Below, piece by piece: positions 11,875 to 20,800 of a stretch of DNA of 64,000 bases. Position 1 is the first letter of the stretch. Every line of letters begins with the position of its first letter. The stretch is from the NCBI RefSeq assembly GCF_018350175.1, contig NC_058369.1, forward strand, positions 13,578,001 through 13,642,000, written 5' to 3'. Source of the DNA: Felis catus. Taxonomy: Eukaryota. The notes under the pieces were generated by a model. It saw only the letters and a list, made by a program, of their open reading frames with translations, searched no databases and was not told the origin of the DNA. Made by a program: the position numbers and the translations under genes.

Positions 11875-14800
11875 CTAGACACCCGGCCACTGCATGTACT
11901 GCGGATCGTCCCATGCTGCTGGTCCCAAGAGCGCATCCGTGGTGAGGGTGGCCCGAGTGTGATGGCCGCGCCAGGTGGCTTGAAGCGTCTTGGCTGCCAC
12001 CTGCTTCTGCCTCAGCTGGCGGCGTGCGCTGAAGCCCCTCCACGCCGACTGGATGGTCGCGGCTGCCTCACTCTGGCGACGGGACTGCCGGGGGCTCCCG
12101 GGGATTGTCTGGGTGCCAGAGCCCCATGGGACGCCTGCCTGGACTCTGGCGCCCCGGCCCATGCCGTGCACCACCCGAGTAGGCAGGGTGTGGCCACACA
12201 TGTGGCACGTGCGGGGGCTGGAACCCACGAGCATCACCACACTGGGCGGGCTCCCCGCCCTGGGACTCAGGGACTGGCAGAGGGGGCAGACGTGCGGCTG
12301 GCAGGACTGGAAGCAGCGGTGGTCAGAGGTCCACCCGGTCCTGCCGCCCATCTCGGCCCACACCCCCTGGAGCAACGCTGGCGGGGTTTGGCCCCGGCGG
12401 ATACAGAAGCCCCGCCACACGGCCTGGATGACGGTGGCAGCTCTGGAGAGCCGGGCCAGGTCCCGCCGCACACGGTAGCCACGCCAGGCGGCCTGGATGA
12501 TGACGGCCCACTGGTGCCACGCTTTGATGGCGCGGCGTGCCAGGTAGCCACGTGTGCGCGCCTGGATAATGACCACAGCGCGGATGATTATCTTCTCCAC
12601 GACCTGCATCGATGCCATCAGCTTCCCCGGCTGCCTGGGATTCACCGCTGCCTCTCTGCCCACAGTGTCCCCCGGCACAGAAGCCCTGGCCGGCTCCCAC
12701 GGGCCACCAGGGGTCACTGCGCCGTCCACGGGCCCGACGGCTCCACTGGGGACGGCAGAGTTCCGCGCTTGGCCACCAGCTCTGACGGCGTCCGCGGGGC
12801 CCTGGAGTACAGCGGGAGTCAGGAGTGCCCTAGGACTATCTGTAGGAGCCACAGCGCTCTGGAAATCCCGAGACCCCCATGTTGGCTCCTGGATTAAAAG
12901 GGGCCTCCGGGAACCGCCAGGTGAAGACTCATAGCCCAGAGACACCCTCCGAAACTCTGGGTGCAGCCCAGGGATGCCCATGTCATGTGTCGCCTCAGTA
13001 CGCGTGATGGGTGTTATGGCTGGTGGCGTAGCCGGGAGGTGTTCGGGACTTTGCCGTGAGGACCTGTGGGCCTGCTCTCGCACGTCACGTGAGGGCACGA
13101 TCCTGGCTACCTTATCATCTAGCATTTCCGACACAAGACTACCAGGCACGGACCTATAGGATTTTCTAGAGCCAAGAAATTTGCGGCTGGTCTGAGCCGG
13201 ATCCCCAGACGCTGGCTTCTCGTGTGTTCTGGGGACAGCTTCTGTCTGGAACCCACCAGATGCCACCCCACTCACCCTGGGCGGATAAAGCGGCACATGT
13301 GAGGCCACCCTGGCGGCCCCTGACCTCTGGGAAGTCTTGGGGGTCCCCATCCCAGCTACCGACCCTGGGTGCAAACTGGATGTTATAGTGCTGCCATGGG
13401 CCAGCTTGGGTGACCCTGTGACTATGGTAGAAGCCCCCGCCTCGTGGGCGTGGCTCTGGGGCACGTGATCCACGAAGGGGTTCTGAGGCACAATGAGATC
13501 CACCGAGGGGCTCTGGGACCCATGAGCCGCTGTTGCCCGTTGATGAGCCAAAGGGGCCCCGGTAGCTCTGACAGACTCCATGTACACACTGGGGACCCTG
13601 CTAGTTGTCACAAAGTGGGAACTGGGGGCCCCCCAAGTGGTTGCTGACCCCTGCTGCAGAGCTGCAGTGACGCCACCTGCCCTCCAGTGCTTGGCAATAC
13701 TCAGGGCCTGGGGAGGGACAGGGGCCATGCCACTGGTCAGCGACTTGGTTTCACTGGGAACCACCTCCTCCAACAATGGCTTTTGACCGTTGGGAAGGAC
13801 CTGGAGGCTGTGGTTGATGTCAGTTGATGGGAGGCTATGGGGCATCCACGGGGTTTCCTCGAGGACTATGGACTCCCCACTGGATTCGGACGCCTGGGAC
13901 AGAGCCTTCTCCAGGTCCTCTGGCTTCATCATGACCTGGTCATCTGTGGTCTCAAATGGCATCATCCCAAGAGCGTGGCTCAACTGTGAGGCTCTTTGTA
14001 GAACCGTGGGCCTTTGGTGCACCCTCCAGGTTGTGCCACTAGCTTCCCCAGCCCGGGGATGAAGTTGAGCCAGGCCAATGGCACGGGATGCTTGGAAGGG
14101 GGCTATAGACCCTTCCCCAGCCAGGGATCCGTAGTAAGGACGGGGAGTGATCCTGATCAGCATGGACCCCTGGGGAAGGCTCTGGGCCACATTTCCGACT
14201 GTGGAGGGCAGGCCAGCTGCGCTAGCCCTGGACCCCAGAACCAGGCCCCCATTCAGTCCCCCAGCCATAGATGCTGGAACCATAATAGAGGCCACAGACT
14301 CAGGGGAGACATTTGGGGCCACCTCACTCGCCACTGAACCTGGGACAAGGCTCGGAGCAGTGAAACTAACTGCGCATCTTACAGGGAGGCTTTGCCTCAT
14401 CCCACCAGCCCCAGACGCTGCAATCAGACTGGGGGCCACAGAACCTGGACACAGGGTCCTGGTCATGCCACTGGCCACAGAACCCAGAGGAAAGCTCTGG
14501 GCCACAGCACTGGCCATGGGATCTGGAGGAAGACCCTGGCCCATGCCCCTGATCACGGATCCTGGGGGAAGGCTATGGCTGATACCATAGATCACAGACC
14601 CTGGGGGAAGGGTTTGAGCTACACCACTGACCACATAACCTGGTGGAAGGTGGGGAAGCACGTCACTGATCACGGGCCCCGGAGGCAGGCTTTGGCCCAC
14701 ACCTCTGATCACAGACCCAGGAGGAAGGCTGGGGGCCACACCACTGGCCACAGCACCTGGGGCCATAGCTGTGGCCATCCTATTGGCTACAGCACCTGGC

Positions 14801-17800
14801 ACCAGGCCATTGTCTGTGCCCATCACAGGCTCCTGGCTGACAGTGTTTGCTTGTTGGTAACCTGGTGCCACAATTGTGGACACAGAAGAATGCTGGTGGT
14901 TCAAAGGTGTTGGGAGATCGACATTGACCGGAGAAATATTGGGGGCCACGCTGGCCTGGGAAAACTTGAATGGACTCCTACCCTGTCTGTTGGGCACTGA
15001 AGCCCGGGAGAAACCAGGACCCGCCTCTGAGGCTTGTTCACGAACCAAAGGGACACCTGCCACAGAGCCCGGGGATGCAGTGGGGGTCCCACTGGCCACC
15101 TGAAACTGGTCTGGGCCCACACCAGTTACCGCACTTCTCTGGCACACACTCCCTGCGATGCCTGGACACACAGGTCCCGGACACACACTTAGGAACATAC
15201 CAGCAGCCAGGGTCCCCCGAGACATATTTGGGAACATGCCGGCAGCCATGGCACCTGGGGACATGCTGGTAGCCATGCCCCTGAACAGAGCCCCCGGAGA
15301 TATACCGGCTCCCTGGTCTAGACAAGAGTCCTCTCCACTAGCCACAGGCACCTGGTAGAGGTTTGGGGCTGAAACAGCAACAGCAGAATGTGCAGTCCTA
15401 CTTGGGCACCTCCCCCTGACACTGAATGGCTGATGACATTCAAGGGACACCTCACTGAACTCAGGGGCCTGGGGGTGTGAGGCCACCCCACTAACCATTA
15501 CAGGATCTTGACATGGGTCCACCCCAGGGGTCACAGATGGCTGGCTCAGACCTTGACCCATGCTGCTGGTCCCAGATGGATATGATGCACTCGGGGGGAC
15601 TTCAGTCACGACCGATGGATGACGCCGACTCGGGGCCACGGCATTCACCCTTGATGATGGTAGATTTGAACCCACTTTAGGGGGCCGACTTGACTGACCA
15701 ACTGCACAGCTCGTACCACTCATTACAGATGGTTGGAATAGGCTGAGGGGCTCCCTAGTAGCCACAGGTGCCTGGGCTAGGCTGGGGGCCACCCCACTGG
15801 TCACAGATGGCTGGGCTAGGCTGGGGGCCACCCCACCAGTCATAGGTAGCGGTGTTAGGCTGGGGACCACCCTACTGGTCACAGATGCCTGCATTAGGTT
15901 GGGGGCCATCCCACTGGTCACAGATGGCTGGGCTAGGCTGGAGGTCACCACACTGGTCACAGGTGGCTGGGCTAGGTTGAGGGCCACTCCACTGGTCACA
16001 GATGGCTGGGCTAAGCTGGGGACCATCACACTAGTCATAGATGGCTGGGCTAGGTTGGGGGCCACCCTACCAGTCACAGATGGCTGGGCTAGGCTGGAGG
16101 TCACCACACTGGTCACAGATGGCTGGGCTAGGCTGGGGGCCATCACACTAGTCATAGATGGCTGGGCTAGGTTGGGGGCCACCCTACCAGTCACAGATGG
16201 CTGGGTTAGGCTGGAGGTCACCACACTGGTCACAGGTGGCTGGGCTAGGCTGGGGGCCACCCCACCAGTCATAGGTAGCAGTGTTAGGCTGGGGGCCATT
16301 CTACCGGTCACAGATGCCTGCATTAGGTTGGGGGCCATCCCACTGGTCACAGATGGCCAGGCAAGGCTGGGGGCCATCCCACCAGTCACAGGTAGCTGTG
16401 TTAGGCTGGGGACCACCCTACTGGTCACAGATGCCTGCATTAGGTTGGGGGCCATCCCTCTGGTCACAGATGGCTGGGCTAGGCTGGAGGTCACCACACT
16501 GGTCACAGGTGGCTGGGCTAGGTTGGGGGCCACTCCACTGGTCACAGATGGCTGGGCTAGGCTGGGGGCCATCACACTAGTCATAGATGGCTGGGCTAGG
16601 TTCGAAGCCACCCTACCAGTCACAGATGGCTGGGCTAGGCTGGGGGTCACCACACTGGTCACAGGTGGCTGGGCTAGGCTGGGGGCCACCCCACTGGTCA
16701 TGGATGGCCGGGCTAGGCTGGGGGCTACCCCACTGGTCAAAGATGCCTGGGCTAGGTTGGGGGCCACCATACTAGTCACAGATGACCAGGATATGTTGGG
16801 GGCCACGGCACTAGTCATAGATGGCTGGGCTAGGTTGGGGGACACCCCACTGGTCACAGATGGCTGGGCTAGGCTGGGGGCCACCCCACTGATCACTGAT
16901 GCCTGGGCTAGATTTGGGGCCACTCCACTGGTCACGGATGGCTGGGCTAGGCTGGGGGCCATCACACTAGTCATAGATGGCTGGGCTAGGTTCGAAGCCA
17001 CCCTACCAGTCACAGATGGCTGGGCTAGGCTGGGGGTCACCACACTGGTCACAGGTGGCTGGGCTAGGCTGGGGGCCACCCCACTGGTCGTGGATGGCCG
17101 GGCTAGGCTGGGGGCTACCCCACTGGTCAAAGATGCCTGGGCTAGGTTGGGGGCCACCATACTAGTCACAGATGACCAGGATATGTTGGGGGCCACGGCA
17201 CTAGTCATAGATGGCTGGGCTAGGTTGGGGGACACCCCACTGGTCACAGATGGCTGGGCTAGGCTGGGGGCCACCCCACTGATCACTGATGCCTGGGCTA
17301 GATTTGGGGCCACTCCACTGGTCACGGATGGCTGGGCTAGTCTGGGGACCACCCTACCAGTCATAGATGGCTGGGCTAGGTTGGGGGCCATGGCACCAGT
17401 CACAGATGGTTGGGTTAGATTGGGAGCCACCCCACTGGTCACAGGTGGCTGGGCTAGGCTGGGGGCCACCCCACCAGTCACGGATGGCTGGGCTAGACTG
17501 GGGGCCACCCCACCGGTCATGGATGCCTGGGCTAGGTTGGGGGCCACCACACTAGTCAAAGATGGCCAGGCTAGGTTGGGGGCCACCACACTAGTCACAG
17601 ATGACTGGGCCAGGCTGGGGGCCACGACACTGATCACTGATGCCTGGGCTAAGTTGGGAGCTGTCCCACTAGTCACAGATAGCTGGGCTAGTATGGGGGC
17701 CACCCTACCAATCACAGATGGCTGGGCTAGTTCGGGGGCCACGGCACCAGTCACAGATGGTTGGGCTAGGTTGAGGGCCACCCCACTAGTAATAGATGGC

Positions 17801-20800
17801 TGGGCTAGGCTGGGGGCCACGTTACTGGTCACAGATGCCTGGGCTAAGTTGGAAGCTGTCCCACCAGTCACAGATGGCTGGGCTAGGCTGGGAGCCACCC
17901 CACTGGTCACAGATGCCTCGGATAGGCTGGGGGCCACCCCACCGGTCACAGACGGCTGAGCTAGGCTGGGGGCCACGCTACTGGTCACAGACGCCTGGGC
18001 TAAATTGGGAGCCACCCCACTGGTCCCAGATGGCTGGGCTAGGCTGGGGGCCACCTTACCAGTCACAGATGCCTGGTCTATGTTGGGGGCCACCCCACCT
18101 GTCACAGATGGCTGGGCTAGATTGGGAGTCACCCTACTGGCCACAGATGCCTGGTCCATGTTGGGGGCCACCCCACCTGTCACAGATGGCTGGGCTAGGC
18201 TGGGGGTGACCTTAGTAGTCATAGACGATTCAGATAGGCTGGGGGTGACCCTACTGACTTTAAATGGCTGTTGCGGGTTTGGAGCCATGTTATCTGCTAC
18301 TGATGGCAGGGAGAGGCTTGAGGTTAATCTACTGGCCCCAGAGGGCTGCTGATACACGGTAGGGGCCACATTACCCAAAGACACACTTCTGGTCAGTCCT
18401 GTTCTATAGGATTTCCGGGACAAGCTCTTCTTCAGATCCATGGAGCTTTGGCCTGAAGACACATCCCTCTCATCCGGATCATCTGAGCCCCAGTGGACAC
18501 TCAAGGTCACATGACCGGACACTGAGCTGTGGTGCAGAATGGGCATCGGCTCTGAACCCGCAGAGGGAGGGTGGTGGAGGTTTGGAGTCGTGTGTGGCCA
18601 GCTCACCTCCCTAGTTTCTTCCCTGTCTCCAGGCCCCTGAGGCCCCCCCTCGGCCTCTCCAGAGAGGAGGGCATCTACCCGGATGTCCCTATCCAAGCTG
18701 GCCTCCAAGGACTCCTCCTCCGCCAGGTCGATAGCAGTCAGACTGGTCACAGACATGGTGGAAAGGCTGAGTGAACTACAGCTGGGCAATGAGCTCTGGG
18801 AATTACTCACATTCGGGCCACAGTCTGTGGAGTCTGGGGACAGGCTTCCGGACAGGTCATTGTCCAGACCCTGTGGCAAACCGGCCACCAGTTCATTGAG
18901 TATACGGCCAGTCACTTGCTCCCGTGGGCAGTGCCCACGGGAAGTGGTACCCTCGGTCCGCTTCCTCTCCTGCCGAGGGATGGCTGTACCGGGCAGGGGG
19001 TGTGCCAACCTACTGCCTGGGGACGCTTGGAACACACTGGGATCTACCTGAGTCTTGAGTGCCCAGCGATGACCGGGAGCCGCGGAGCCAGGCAAGAGAC
19101 CTAGGCTTATGTCACAGGCCTCGGGAGTCTGTGGTTGGGCTAGGGGTGCTTTGCTCACAGTGGCAGCCCTCCGTGGACCTGAGGTCGCCTTGCCGATTCT
19201 CTCCCTAGGGTCCGGGGAGGCCCGTTTGTGATTTGAGGACTGAGTTTTCTGCACGGCGTCCTCACGGACCACAGATGGCTGTCGTGGAACTTTGGTAGCC
19301 GATGACCGGTATACGCCGGGGGGCACCTTGTTGACCCCGGAGGGCCGACACCAACAAACGGATCCCCCATAGGCAGCGACACACCGGTGGGAGTGGGAGG
19401 CCTTCCCGCCACCCACAGTGCGGGGAGGCATAGCCGGGGCCACCCTGCCCTCCCTCGACGAGGCCCACGGATGTGGGGCCACCCTGCTGACATGTGGCTT
19501 ATGGGAGCTCTGGGCTGTGCCACCGGCCACTGACGGCTGGCTGGTGCTTGGGCCCACACCGTTGACAATGAGCGGCTGCCACAGACGGGGGGGCAGCTGC
19601 AGGAGGGGTGGCCTGGGCAAATCGGGGCCCGTGTCGCTCTCCACGGGGTTGAGATCCGATGCCAATTCACCGGCCGCTGGGGGGAGGCACACAGTTTCCT
19701 CACTGACCTCAGGATTCAGATACAGGTTTGAGGAGGAGTCCCTGCTGGGCCCCCTCTCCCGTGATGGAGTGGGGTCCAGGGCAGCAATTAGGAGGTACTG
19801 ATGAACAGTGGTGATCACTCTACTAGTTAGGGAGGCACCCATGGAGACCACCGACGAGCAGGGTGACCCCCCGAGCATGGCCCCATCCCCCATCTCTGCT
19901 AAGAACCCAGCAGGCCTGCCTGTGAAGAAGCCCTCCCAGGCCCCATCCTGGGGAACCCTGACCTTGCTGGGCTGTGGTCTCACGAGGCCTAGGGTGGGCC
20001 CCCACGCAGCTGATGGGCTCCCCACCTCCACTGGGGTCGGCATCATAGTCATCCTGCTTCCTGCTGTTTGCGAGGTGGCCTTGGGGAGGACGACTCCGGT
20101 CCTCAGGGCTGCCTGAGACAAAGACTGGCTCAGGACCGCGCCTAGCTCCCCCTGACACAGGGCCTGGCTCAGCGCTGCCCACTCCTCCTCCGTCAGCGCC
20201 TTGCTGAGCACGCCCGCCAGTTTGCCCTGCTTGGCCTTAGCGAGTTTTGCCCGGAGCTCGGTGGGGGTCAGGGTGCAGGACAGGGCAATGCCCAGCTCAC
20301 CCCAGGATAGCACTTTCATCAGCGCTGTGCCCAGCATGCCCTGGGGCAGGGCCTTGGTCATCGTGGCACCCAGGACTTTCTTTGTCAGGGCCTGGTTCAG
20401 GGCTGCCCTCACTTGCCCCTGGGAGAGGGCTTTCGCCAGCAGGGCACGGAGGTCCTCCTGGGAGCCCAGCTCGGCGGCCAGCTCGGCACACAGGGAGGCG
20501 AGCTGGGAGGCTGCCAGCTCTTCCTGGCAGGGTGTGGCTGGGCCGGCCATCGACGGCTGGGCCCGGGTAGCTCCACTGTCACCCCAGGATTCAATGTTGC
20601 ACGTGGGGTGTCTGGCAGATGCCGACAGGGGCATCAGCATGCTCTGGGTCTCGGAGGACCCCTGGCATGGGCCCTGGGTGGCTTTGCCCTGTGCGTGGCT
20701 GTGGGGCTGGATCCGGGTCAGTCTGTCCTCTGGCTTGGCTCGGGGCAGAGTGCCAAGGGCACCAACGTGATGACAAGGCTGGGAGGAGGCCCTGAACCCA

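Noticed and set aside
11779-12897. 372-aa plus-strand ORF (also 21284-22468 and 20413-21147)
   Set aside because: Antisense to GC-rich IQCN coding sequence, with no recognisable protein features.
15899-17959. 686-aa plus-strand ORF of GATPLVTDGWARL repeats
   Set aside because: Antisense shadow of the 39-nt coding array; a stop-free unit keeps the opposite frame open. No ATG start, promoter or splice support.
15760-18260. Possible CRISPR-like array
   Set aside because: Contiguous tandem units without unique spacers, in a mammalian coding context.
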